This document shows positions 13,201 to 24,525 of a stretch of DNA of 64,000 nt, piece after piece (within the stretch, counting starts at the first letter, position 1; each line of letters begins with the position of its first letter). This DNA comes from Schizochytrium sp. TIO01 (lineage: Eukaryota; Protista; Bigyra: Labyrinthulomycetes). Where the stretch lies: positions 4,310,483 to 4,374,482 of the forward strand of contig SMSO01000032.1 in assembly GCA_004764695.1 (NCBI GenBank). The letters run 5' to 3'. The position numbers were made by a program, and so were the translations under genes. The notes below the pieces were generated by a model. That model worked only from the letters and a program-made list of their open reading frames with translations. It ran no database searches and was not told the DNA's origin.

Positions 13201-16200
13201 TTGCGCGAGGAGCTCATAAGGTCAAACCTCGGCATCTCAAATGCTCGCTCCAGATCAAGTTTATGCCGTACAATTCTCAAGGCGTACAACAAGCGATGAG
13301 TTGCATGAAGAGGCAGAAGACGGTTCCAATCTTGCTCCAAGGATTCAATTTCTTTTACCATGGCTTCATCAGCTTGAAAAAGAAGCATACAATCCCAAAG
13401 ACTTTGGGCCGCCGTTGGATCAGAAGAAACAATTGTGGACCCCATGCCAGGCAATGGATCAAGAACTTGGAACATCTGATTGCATAAAGATGTCACAAAA
13501 TCAGCTGGAAACGTGAGTGAGGACGTGTTGAGATCACTGTCCATCGTTGAAATAGTTGACTTGCGAGGAACTCCTGTAAGGTTTGCGTTTTGTTGCGATG
13601 GGAACACAGGAATTTTGTAGCTTGATTCAAGGGATTTCTGCACAAGTGGAGCAGCAAGTGCTACCAGTTGCTCTTGCCGGCGCTCATCCCCGCCAACAGG
13701 CTGAAGTTTTTCTTTCTTTGTCTGGCCTTGGTCTGTAGAGGTGTTTACTGTTGCACGCTCAAGCTTAACGTCCAGAACCTTGACAGTGTCCCAATCTCGG
13801 AAACCAAGACTCTTCAAAGTCTGATTTAGATCTTCATCTTCGAACGGCTTTGGCGGATCGGAGAGCTTGAGTTGCTCACCACCTTCCGTAGCCCCGCGGT
13901 CCATGTGTGGATCATTTTCAGTGCCCCGCATCCGGGTTGGATGACTAGTACTTCGCTTCAGCTCGATAGCATCTCGGTCACTTACAAATAGGCCAGTGTC
14001 AATAGAGGCGGGCCTGGGCAGACCCGGTAAAGTTGGACTTGCTTGTGTGGGAGACTCCGGCCCAATCTCAGTGCTAGGAGTAGGCACTGGACCTCCCATA
14101 GTTTTCAAACGTGAGTTATACTCTTGAGACGTCTCGGATTGGATCTCAGAAACCACCTCTTCTTCAGCAAACCAGTCATCAAAACCTGTAGACGCATCAG
14201 ATACACGACATGGGTTATTCACCAGACGCATGGTTAAGCTAGATGCTGGAACCTTAATTTCCGAAGCGATCTGCGCGCGAAGATTTGCAAGAGTGTCGTC
14301 CCCATTTAAGCGCAAACTAAATGAAGTGCCAGGTCCGATTGGGATATATTCGCGTCTAGTCAGTGATCCTGGAAAGCCAACAGCAGGAGGAATTACAACT
14401 ATGTTTAGATCAGACTCTGAGGCTTGGTGATTGTAATGTCGAAGAAAGAGTTTTAGCATTGCTGACGCACGCCGCGCCTGGCGAAGCATTTTCGTGATAT
14501 CTTTGCCAGATTTTGCATATTTATGCGCCTCTGTAATGCGAAGTACGCATCGCTGTACGAAATCCATTTGCAACTTGTTTTTACGACTTTTTAAACGTGG
14601 GGCGAGCTGGGTATGCAAGTGTACAAGCTGTGACACAGCTGCAAACCCAACCTCGTTGCGACGCGCTTCAAGTGCCAACTGCCCAGAGGAACTCGTCTCC
14701 CTCTAAAGTACTTCCATGGCGCTCAATGAGCTGGAATAAGAACATTGAGTCTTCCGTGCTCAAAATCGCACGCGATAACGCACGAGCTTCCTGATCACGG
14801 CGAGTCCGACGGGCTAGGAAAGTACTGTTATGCTCTGCATTAGATCTGCGAAGATTTTTTGCGCGGTAGTTGATTGCCACAAAGAAACTTTGATACACTC
14901 GAAAGGCAGTAGGAGAAAGGTTTTCCGCATTTAAGGTTTTCATATTTTCACGAAAAAGATGTGGCACTACATCATCAACAAATACTGAATTTTTCGAAAC
15001 CAGATCTCCTTGCCGCCTCGTTGCACGTTTCCCTTCAGATTTAGAATCCAGCGACAAAGCCTTACTGGTCGGCAACTTAGAAGCAATAGAGCTTGCTGGT
15101 GCAGGAGACGCCCCTCCGCTGTCTGTGCTAACCTGGAAAGATGAAGAAGTAGTTGCACCTGTTCCGTTTGTTGTCCCAGATCCGTTCTCCATTAAATCTC
15201 CCTGCAGTTGGGCAACTCGGCGTATACCACTAGCTTGTGCGCGTGCGAACCAAAGTAAAGAAATATCCTGAGATGCTTCGGTCAATGCCCCATCGACCAA
15301 TGAAGTCCATAAGTCTTTCGCAGCAGGACGCTTGAGATGTAGATAAGAATTTGTAAGCATAAATAACAAGAAATCAAATCGGACCGAGAGCTGATCAAGG
15401 TGTGTATAGACACTTCCCGGCATACACAAGAGGTCAATTTCTTCTGCGTCAAGCCTATTACCTACAACAGGATTATAGTTGGCATTCACAGAACGCCCAT
15501 AGCGAGTACTGGTAAGTCGACGCATGCGTGATTGATATTGAATCAACCCAGTGCAAAGCAACTTGATGAGCTTGTGCTGTTTATCCAGTCTCTCAATCAT
15601 CAGTTCCATCGCAGTGCGCCGACTTTCAGTGAGAGAAAACCAGGAAGCCTTAGCCTGGGGAGCAACAGTGATAATACGGCGAAGGACCTCTAACGCTTGC
15701 GGCACAGACCTGCCGCGACGTAGGAGTTCGACGCAATCTTGCAAAATACGTCCACGTTGAGAAGCACACTGTGATGAACCTGACAGGAGATTAACTAAGA
15801 GTCCAATAGCTTCTCGACGTTGAGCAAGTGATCGAGTGCCATTTTGAACAGATGACTGTCGCGAAACGCCAGGGGGGATCGCCATATCCACAAACCCAGT
15901 TGATATATCAGTGTGTTGAGCCTCCTCGTCAATGCTGGGTTTAACAATTGGGTCATGAGCCACCTCTCCCTCGCTTGTTTTGAGATTTTTTTGAGCTCCG
16001 TCTTGATTGAAGTCTGTTGATACCGTAAAATTACTATTTGCAACAGATGATGGGTCAGCATCTGCTTCTGCTTCCTGAATATAGCGAGTCCCATTTGCAT
16101 TGACATGCCGAACTTCAATGTAATCGTCTCCTTCTTCATCCTCTTCATGCATCGTGGTATCCACAGGTATCAAGCCTTCAACACTTGCAGTTTCCATGTC

Positions 16201-19128
16201 ATCGCGTCTTCCATAAGTGCCATCTTCTTCAGGGGGAGTTATACGGTCTGCTTCATCTGTTGTAGTTTCACCAAGTGTATCAGTGTCTTCGGGTACCATG
16301 GTAGTCTCATCGCCGATCGTGTCGTCATCTTTGGTGATGTCCGTGAAATCGTGCTCGATATCCTTCAGTTCTGAAATATTCTCGGACAAACCATGTAGGT
16401 CATCAGATATGTCATTCCTCAAAGGTTGTTCAAGAGATGCATCCTTTGTTCTCTGCAAGGCAGTTGCAGCCGTTAAAGACTTGTCATCTTGGGAAGATTC
16501 GGTAGAGTTATCTTTGCTGTTTGTGTGATGAATAGCCTCATCTTCAGAAAGACGCGCAGATTCAGCATCATCAAGTATGAACCGCCACAAAAGTTTAAGG
16601 CCGTACCAGTAGTCATCGGGTGAAAAGTCTAACATTCTTGAATCACCTCTCCCGAATGCATCGCCTCCTTCAAATCCTGTCTTGACGTTTGGAGGTGCAC
16701 TTTTAGGACCATTGTTTTCCCCTAGAGCTAGTTGTAGAAGCGTGTTAGATGACGGAGATCTTGTCGAAATAGCTCCTGATGATTTGGGCGGTGATGCATA
16801 GTCTTGTCCAAGTGACTTTGCTGTTGATGGGCTCTTTGAAGTTGAAGATGATGACCGACTCAAAGATGTGCTATCAGCTTCAAGAGATGCAACTGTGACC
16901 TCGGATATAAACCGAAGCGTTTGTCCACCCTCGTCGTAATCTTGAAAGGGAATTGTAGCAACACAGTCCTTGAAAAAGTACATCCTCTCCTCGTGGGATA
17001 GGCGCGGCATAAGTGAAATAAGAAGGTTGTGGATAACTCGCATTGTTCCGAAATCACGTCCAAGGCTCGCAGACCAGATTCGTTGCAATAGTCGACCATC
17101 AAGAATCCGCTCCCGGCCCATGAATAATACAACTGCAGTGCTGCGGCTAAGCAACTCAAAATGCAGATTCTTGCTAGCATACAGTTCACTCACAACGTTA
17201 GCACGGACAAGCCACGATTTAAACCAGTCTTTACCCACGGATGTAAATGTGCTCAATGAAGACAGATTCTGATATGTGCCACTTTGATATTGAAGAGCCC
17301 CTGTTTTAGCTTGTTGCGCAGCTTGCTGCGTAGTTTGGTATGATTGGGGTGCCGACTGCATTGTAGAAGACGCTGATGTCGGGAAAATGCCAGCAGATTG
17401 AGTTGAATAAGCCCTGACAGCTTCAAGAATGTTGTGAAGACCAAAAAGTCGAGCTTCGATTGAGGCAAGACGCAAAAAGTCAACCATGATTTCTAGGATC
17501 ATCTGCTCTTGGACTTTGGAAGCATTTTTTTTTTCGGTTTCGCCTTGTGCCCGTGATGAGACTCCTAAGCGAGCAGTCGCATTTGTGAAATGAACAAGAG
17601 GTCTTGGGTATTGCTGAATACTCCTAAGCTCAACATCTGAAAGGTTGTGTAAGCGCTCCCGAACGGCTTCAAGCAGTTCAGCAGCTAAAGTTTCCCATAC
17701 TTTCATATTACGGGACGAGAAGTGTGGCTGGATGGCTAAAACTGAGCGCACAAAAATCATTGCTGTACCCAGATCTACAGGTCTTCGAGAATCACGAAGG
17801 CGGACCTTCAAAACGTTAAAGCCTCCTTTTGCCGAGAACATGTTAATATTCGCAATCAAAAAGGCTGATAATTCTGAAGCCACATTTGGATCAGGTAATT
17901 GCACAAAGTTCTCACTGCAAGACCCGGATGAATAGCTGTCACAGCGCTCGATCATTTTGTAAGGTGTTTTCAAGAGGTCAATGGCTTGTTCTCGCAGCCC
18001 TGCAGATCTTGATGTTGTTACCTCTCCCTGTACTGAAACGGCTGGTTCGTCCCCAAGACCAGTATCATCAATTTCATTCAGGTAAAAAATGAAACCTTCA
18101 CGACGAAGAATTCGACCTTTGAACGGCTTCGCTTGATTCGGAGATACCTCAATAATGTCTCCAGAAACTGGAAACTGATGACCGCGGCCTGGGGTGCGAA
18201 GCATTTTAATTTGGTCGTAGTTACTAAGAATGATTCGAGTGCGCGCTTTTTTCAAGCTAGGGTCAGAATTCCCCTCCTCTGCAGCATCTTCAACAGTGTA
18301 AGTATCAGTTTTCAAGTCATATGAACAAAATGTGACGATACGGCGAGACAGGTCGTTGCGGAGAGGCGTGCCGTTGGACGAGGAAGGTTGCAAAGTAGAT
18401 TGTACCAACTCTGCAGTGCTGCCAAGCCTATCTTCCATTTTTGCAAGGACCGGCCTTGTATTATTTGGCCAATATAATACTTTCTCGCTTCCATTATTCG
18501 CAGACTTTGGTTGGCCAGAGTAGCTATAAAAGCTTCGACAACCAGGCGCAGATTGGACAGCGAGTGCAATGTCAGTAATGTTTTGTAAACTCGCAGGGAT
18601 AGGTACATTAGTTGTCGTGCTAGCTTGAGGAATTGATCGTGATTTCTGAACCGGCCCATCAAGCAGCATAAGCATAGCTCTGTTCAACTCAAGATAGTCC
18701 ATAGGCAAGGTCACCTTTCCTACTTGTAACACAGACTGAAAGAAGTCATTGACCTTTTTTGCATGCACTGAGGAAATAGTGCATTTAAAGAATAGGAAGT
18801 TCGTTACCGTAGGCAGCTCCTCCGACAGAAAAGTCCCCAGTGCGGAGGGTAGTGACCATTTCATCTGGGGATTTTCGGCCTGCATGTTAGAGACCTCATG
18901 GTAAACGTTATCCACAGTTGTCTGGAGCGCCTTTAGGCTGTCTTCCCATCCATCCACAGATGATTCAGTTGTGGTAGTTAGCATATGTAAATGGGTGTGT
19001 AGCTTATCAAGATCTCCAAGGATTGGATCTGTTGAAGATGCTACTGTGCCATTCAATGCAGCTACATCTGATGAAATTATGGCAGGCGCCTTCTTTTCTT
19101 CCTGGCTAGGCTCTTGCGTCCCAGGCAT
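7221..19128 (-). CDS. Giant ubiquitin carboxyl-terminal hydrolase (peptidase C19), USP9X/USP24/USP34 (fat facets)-like, ~3,968 aa if the two ORFs are joined across a +1 shift at ~14676
   Basis: ORF 14668..19155 (first ATG 19128) and ORF 7221..14678 overlap by 11 nt. Cys box GLQNLGATCYMNSFLQQLF, His box YELVGIIAHTGTMDSGHYYSF, and motifs WIEFNDKFV, LKRFEFD and SAYVLVY are present. The long helical N-terminal region and Ubl-like segment are typical of this clade. Similarity to the family (recalled, not aligned) continues across the junction. Confidence 0.88.
10036..11172 (-). other. USP (UCH, peptidase C19) catalytic domain within the deubiquitinase
   Basis: Runs from FTGLQNLGATCYMNS (~11170-11125) through GHYYSF (~10235-10250) to SAYVLVYDR (~10040-10066). 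Catalytic Cys, His and Asn/Asp motifs are intact. Confidence 0.93.
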
Positions 19129-20824
19129 TATTTCTGTATCCACCTCCAGAAACAAACTTTAGAAAATGTTGTGCACTTGTTCTACTATTATATCAACACC
19201 TATTCCGAGGTGAAGGCGCTCCTGAAGGTTTATCAAATATTTGTGTCCAAGTTCTACGAATAATTATGTGTGTAAATTTTGGGATTCTCTGCGCAGTTGC
19301 GCTTTATAGTATTACCGACGCGACCTTTCAAGATATCCAAAGACCTCAGGCCCTCGCGAGGCTTTGAAACTCCACTCCGCAATAGCTAGATGCAGTCAGT
19401 TTCGTTCTCCCTACGTTTCCGCCGCTGTCACAGTTGTCAAAGCTAGAGTAGAGTAGACGACGAAGGTGAAGAGTTAGATCTATTCGGACTGCGTATATCC
19501 GAACTGGGCTTTCAATCCCGGGCGACCAGGACTCCGCCGGTTTTCCTCCCTAGTTTTTGAGCCCCAGCGCTCAGGCCCAGTCCCAAGCAAGCGGGGCCTC
19601 CTCCCGAGCAGCGTCGCGGTCCCTTCGACCCAGCCCAAGCAGCTCTCGCGATCTGCGGCACCTGGACCGCCTGCGAGTTCAAGATTGCTTGCCTCTCTTT
19701 GTTTGTAATTGATTATTATCATTGATAGTGAGTGAGTGAGTAAGTGAGTAAGTATTATGATATTTTAAAATAAATGTTTCTGTTGTTTTGGGTAATCATT
19801 GATGATGGAAATAAAATAAAAACGAAAGTGAAAATGTGAGTGCCACGGTAGAGACCCATGAATTGTTTCTTTCTTTTCCTCCCTCATCTCGGCCACCAAG
19901 GATTCCCTCCAACATCCATTCCTTCTCCGCCTCGTAACCCCAGACTGCGAGATCTCAGCCTGCCTTCCCCATGCCTCAAAAAGCACCCGCGGACCGATTG
20001 CAAGTCACCTTTTCCACAGGTTGAAGGGTTGCTTTTGATTCTCCTACAATGATCGATCCTATGTAAAAGCAGTGACTATTCTTCAGTTCATGACCTTTCC
20101 TTATTTTCGTTTGGGTGGGCACTTTCTCAGAGGCTAGCTCCAACACAGCAGTACAAGTGTTGATGCTTTGGTGGAAAGGTATGTTGGCACGCTTTGCTGC
20201 AGCTCTGAGCAATACTTCGGTCTTGGTCACCCGGTTCTCCCTGCGGTCGGTCAGCACCTCTGTGTTCAACATCAGCAGCTATACTGCAAATCTCTGACAG
20301 TAAGCGACGTCCTCTCCAAGTCGTGTTGACGACAACGACCTGCCCCACCGTTGACTGGCTCAGTGAAGACTCTGCATTCGCCAGGAGAGACCTTTCCATT
20401 GCACCACGACACATGGCCTTCCACAAGGCATTCTATTCATTCACTCTTCTACTGTTTTCATTCATTCGTTCGTTCATTCATTCGTTCGTTCATTCAACTC
20501 GAGCAGCAAAAGGCTCGCAAATCGCCTTGGCCAAGCCCAGCAACATCTTCCTTGCGAAAGATATCTGAGGTTTCCAACACGCCGCAGCGAGATCAAAACT
20601 CAGCGGCACAAGTCTGTTGTCATAAACCGAGGACGGCAACCTTAGTCCTACTCGCCCTGAGATTGGTTATTGTTGGCCAAAAGAGGATTAGCTTCCTTAC
20701 TTTGTTCGTTTTTTATTTTGTTATTTTGTTATTTCTGTTTGTTACTTAGGTATGCATTATTATAATTCTGACTTTAGACTTCTTTCTTCTTAGTGGGTGG
20801 GCAATCAAAGCCATTTCTGAGACT

Positions 20825-21385
20825 ATGTGTCGCAGTGCTTCTCACGCCAGGTTGCCGGATGTGCGATCATTAAGTGGGAATGCGCTTGCAGACAATGACG
20901 TCGAGGATGCCACGTCCGCTGAAGAGGACGAGAGCAACTTTTTCGCCGCAGAAGAGGAAGAATATTTTTCTGATGGCTTCATCGAGGAAGAGAGAACCCA
21001 GGGCACTGTGCAAGAACTACTAGGCACCCACTTGAACGTTGAAACCCGTCAACTCGTTGTAGTTCCGTCAGGTGCTATAGATGCACGCAGGGTCCAAAGG
21101 GCACACCTAGAGGGTTCTATTCGTAGCCAGATCCCCATGACCTTGATGACGCCGGACAACTTTTTACTCTTATACGAGGCAGACCTCCAGCGACATCAAT
21201 GGACATCTAGTTTGGTAAGTAGTTTCTGATTTATGATTTGTGCACTATATGAAAGATAGGTAGGTAAAATTTGTTTTCAGGAAAGCAAATCAAGAAGAAG
21301 GCAGAAACGCCAAATTACACCGCAACAGGAAATCGCCCCGAGCCTCATTTTAAAGCGTGTAATCAAAAACACATGTTCAGAATAA
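20825..21385 (+). CDS. Hypothetical protein, probably join(20825..21214,21281..21385), 164 aa
   Basis: ATG-initiated ORF with an acidic tract. A GTAAGT donor at 21215 (phase 0) and a TTTTCAG acceptor at 21280 give an open second exon ESKSRRRQKRQITPQQEIAPSLILKRVIKNTCSE*. No recognisable domain. Confidence 0.5.
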
Positions 21386-21539
21386 CAAACAAATGAAAAC
21401 TTAATCTTTTAGCCCGCAATGATGAAATTTACAAGTTATTTGCAATGACTAGGTAGTACTACTGATAAAATGATTAAGAGCGCACAAAATAATTTGCACG
21501 ATAAGGATAGACTCCTCGAGACACTTGAAGCAACGAGAA

Positions 21540-22709
21540 TTACTGAGAGGAGGAGAATGGACGCATGAACCATTTCCGCGATGCGGATTGAGTTGGCGAT
21601 GCACGGGACGCACTTGCTGCATCACAAGTTTCTGTACAGTTATCTGGCTCGGTGTGCTCGATTTCAACCTCTTCCGTGGTAAATATGTCATCAAGTGGGT
21701 CATGCTCATCCTCATCTGAATCAAGTTGCATATTAGGATCTGCGCAATTATCACCGTCCTCAATTACTGTTTCTGCATCTACAACATCTGCCCCGTCCCA
21801 CGCCTCTTCTTCTTCTTCCATATCTTCGACGTCGTCGTGCAGTGCATGGGTACCACTGGGCGTCGGAGGAGGACTAGGGACATCTGATTGGTTGACTACA
21901 GTCCATGACGGGAAACCAGGCAAGCGATTATAAAAACGGTGAAATGGAGAAGGAGTTCTACGGCTCAAGAGTTCCTCACCATCATCGCTTATGTCACAAG
22001 AGGCAGCGTCTCCAAGATTATGACGAAGGTGGTCTTGCATGGTCATTCCAGAATGCTGAGGGGGCGCCTGAAGAGAATGCCCTGAAGTTTCTACCTTATC
22101 GAGTTCCAAATGTGCAGTGGTTTGGTGGTTATGTACAGTTTGTGGACCATCACTTATGCTTCTCTTCATGCTATTGTGTTTAGTCTCGGGCACCTCATTA
22201 GTGGGAAGCAAGGTTTGCGAGATATGCTGGTCAAGGTGGTTTTCCGAGGCGATATTGTGCAAAGATTGTTCTACTTGTTCATGAATGTTAGCAATGTCTC
22301 TTTGAACAATAGTTTGAGATAGGTCTGGAGGGTCCGGACGAGAGAAGAGTTCTGCCAATTTAGCGCGAATGTACTTTTGCCAGCGCTGCAAAAGCTTCTG
22401 CCCATTTGCGAGAAGGTCTTCATTGATCGAAAATCCGAACTTATAACGTTTGCGAATACGCAAATAGCCAAGCATACCAGCGGCAAGTACAATAAACGAG
22501 ATAGTTCCACTATCCATTGTGGGTATTGCGGAGACACTAATGATAGCTTCAAAAGCATAGCGGCCCTCCACCTCTTTGATTAAAGGGATCGACATCCAAT
22601 CACGCTTACTGCTACGCTGATGTTCGCTTGGAGAATTAGTGGTGATGGTGGGAGGGCAAGTCATCCCGGCTGCAAACGACGAGCACATTGTCATGGGTAC
22701 TTGACACAT
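21540..22709 (-). CDS. Hypothetical single-pass membrane protein with acidic, disordered C-terminus (389 aa)
   Basis: Long ATG-initiated ORF. Hydrophobic segment ISFIVLAAGMLGYL is followed by basic RIRKRYK (positive-inside rule), and the tail is D/E-rich. No family recognised. Confidence 0.7.
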   Translation of the reverse strand: MCQVPMTMCSSFAAGMTCPPTITTNSPSEHQRSSKRDWMSIPLIKEVEGRYAFEAIISVSAIPTMDSGTISFIVLAAGMLGYLRIRKRYKFGFSINEDLLANGQKLLQRWQKYIRAKLAELFSRPDPPDLSQTIVQRDIANIHEQVEQSLHNIASENHLDQHISQTLLPTNEVPETKHNSMKRSISDGPQTVHNHQTTAHLELDKVETSGHSLQAPPQHSGMTMQDHLRHNLGDAASCDISDDGEELLSRRTPSPFHRFYNRLPGFPSWTVVNQSDVPSPPPTPSGTHALHDDVEDMEEEEEAWDGADVVDAETVIEDGDNCADPNMQLDSDEDEHDPLDDIFTTEEVEIEHTEPDNCTETCDAASASRASPTQSASRKWFMRPFSSSQ

Positions 22710-24489
22710 GACTGCACAACTCTAATAAATTGATTAGAGTCTGGGATATTCGTTTTCTAACTAAGTCAGCAACCGCTCAGACTACAGCTTTCTAAAGGAC
22801 GCCAGAATTGAATTTGATATTAAAGAGTGCATACAGACACGTGTAGGTGGTACACAGCTGGGGGGGGGAGATCGTAAGAGGTCTACCAAAACACTCACCT
22901 ATCGTTAAAAGTCTCCACTTCGCCTCTTTTGTGTTTGCTTGATTGTTCACAATTCCCAGCCGAAGATGCCTAAAACACGTTAGACTTGCTCCTGAAGAAC
23001 TTGGTTCTGCAGGAACTTTGAGAGAATCGCTGCAGTTGCTCACCTCAATGAGGATGTTGTCGGATCCAGAAAATAATTTGCCGTGAGCACTGTATTGGCG
23101 TTTTTTCTCTCCCTTTGTCAAAATTAAGTTGCTTTTCCTCTTTTATTTCCCTTTTTTTTCTTCTTCTTTTTTCTGCTTCTCGCTCAACGTTGCTGTTGAG
23201 CAAGTAGATTCTGCGTAAGACTGTCGCAAAGTCTAATCGCTTCTTGAGTGATTACACGAAGGTCTCTGCACCTATGGAAGAGGCGAGGAAAAGCCTAAAA
23301 ACGTATAAAGCCTAGTCAGTTAGGGTCTTTCTTTGCGTCACAGCAGAAGGATATCTGTTCAGGCTTTAGGAAGACGCGCACAGAAATTGCGTGCCTTTTG
23401 GCCCTCGGCGGCTCTTGTTCGATTGAGTAAATAAACCAGAAATGGTGAAAGGTCAAACTAGCTGTTGGACGGTAGAGTAAGCCTTACTGATTCCTGATGA
23501 TGCGTTCGAGTTTGGTCAAAGAGAACGAATGCTGGCAGGCAGGCAGACAGGCAAGGAGGCAGGTCAGTTAGATACTGATCTCTTTCTTTTTTCTTTCTTT
23601 TCTTTTTCTTTTTTCTTTTTTAAGGGAAAGAAGAAAGAAAACAAATAGAAAGGGTTGGTTGGGGTGTAGGTCCGTCCTGATCCTTTCACCCCTTTGTCTC
23701 CTTCCTTCTCTCCGAGTCTTGGTGTAAACTACTATCTCCCTTGAATAGTTGCAATCAAATGATCAATCCAAGTGCACGCAATGCAAAGTTTTGGGTTACA
23801 ACCCGTTTACTACTCTAGAGGTACAACAACGCCAAGAACTCTGTTTTTGCCTCTAAACTCGTGAGACAAAAACAATTTCCTTCGGTGCGTCACGTCCACA
23901 GAGACTCCTATCACAACGGTTGTGTTGTCCCACTGCACAATAGCGGCAGCAGCTGCACCAGCAGCAGTGGCACCAACAACAGATAAATGGGTTCCTGGGT
24001 GTCGAGACCAACGGTTTTCGCTTGCAGCTTTTACTTTCTCTCTTCTCGCAGAGGAATAAGCCCCTGTATAGAGGCTGATGGACGTCTTCCTGTCCTCGCT
24101 ACGGCCTTCTTCCCAACTGTAAGTGAACGAACACGATACGATGCACCCTCGCAACGCCAAGAAAGGCTCTAACACGCAAGCAAGCAAGCCAGCCAGCCAG
24201 CAAGCAGATTTATTAGCTAGCTCTCTTTCAAGCAGCAACGGTCTCAAAACCTCGAGGCGGTGGGTCCTAATTCTGCAAATCTGGTTCTCAATCCTCGATC
24301 GATCCCAAATTCTCAATCCTGAGCGGATGACCGACCCCACCGAGAAGTGAACAGTGCCCACCGAGAAATGCGAACACGACGTGGAGAAAGGTGCTAATAC
24401 TGCCTATTATGCCGTCTCTCTCTCTCTAAATCTGTGTCAATCTAAACAGCTTCAATGCGTAAAAAGAAAGAACGAACGAAAGAAATGGA

Positions 24490-24525
<36 letters not shown>

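Noticed and set aside
7221-14678. Treating the 2,485-aa ORF as an independent gene
   Set aside because: It starts at a TTG inside the upstream ORF, has no room for a promoter, and family similarity runs straight through the junction.
14665-14710. A 46-nt GTACTT...TGAAG (or 28-nt GTTGGC...CGAG) mini-intron that would repair the deubiquitinase frame
   Set aside because: Weak donor and acceptor, with no branch site or pyrimidine tract, unlike the real intron at 6549-6720. It would also delete residues that appear conserved in the USP9X/24 family.
7354-18523. Numerous plus-strand ORFs inside the deubiquitinase (and antisense ORFs over the AP2, ISCA1, RCC1 and ankyrin genes, e.g. 61538..62335)
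   Set aside because: Antisense or alternative-frame shadows of real CDSs: Ser-rich and without motifs.
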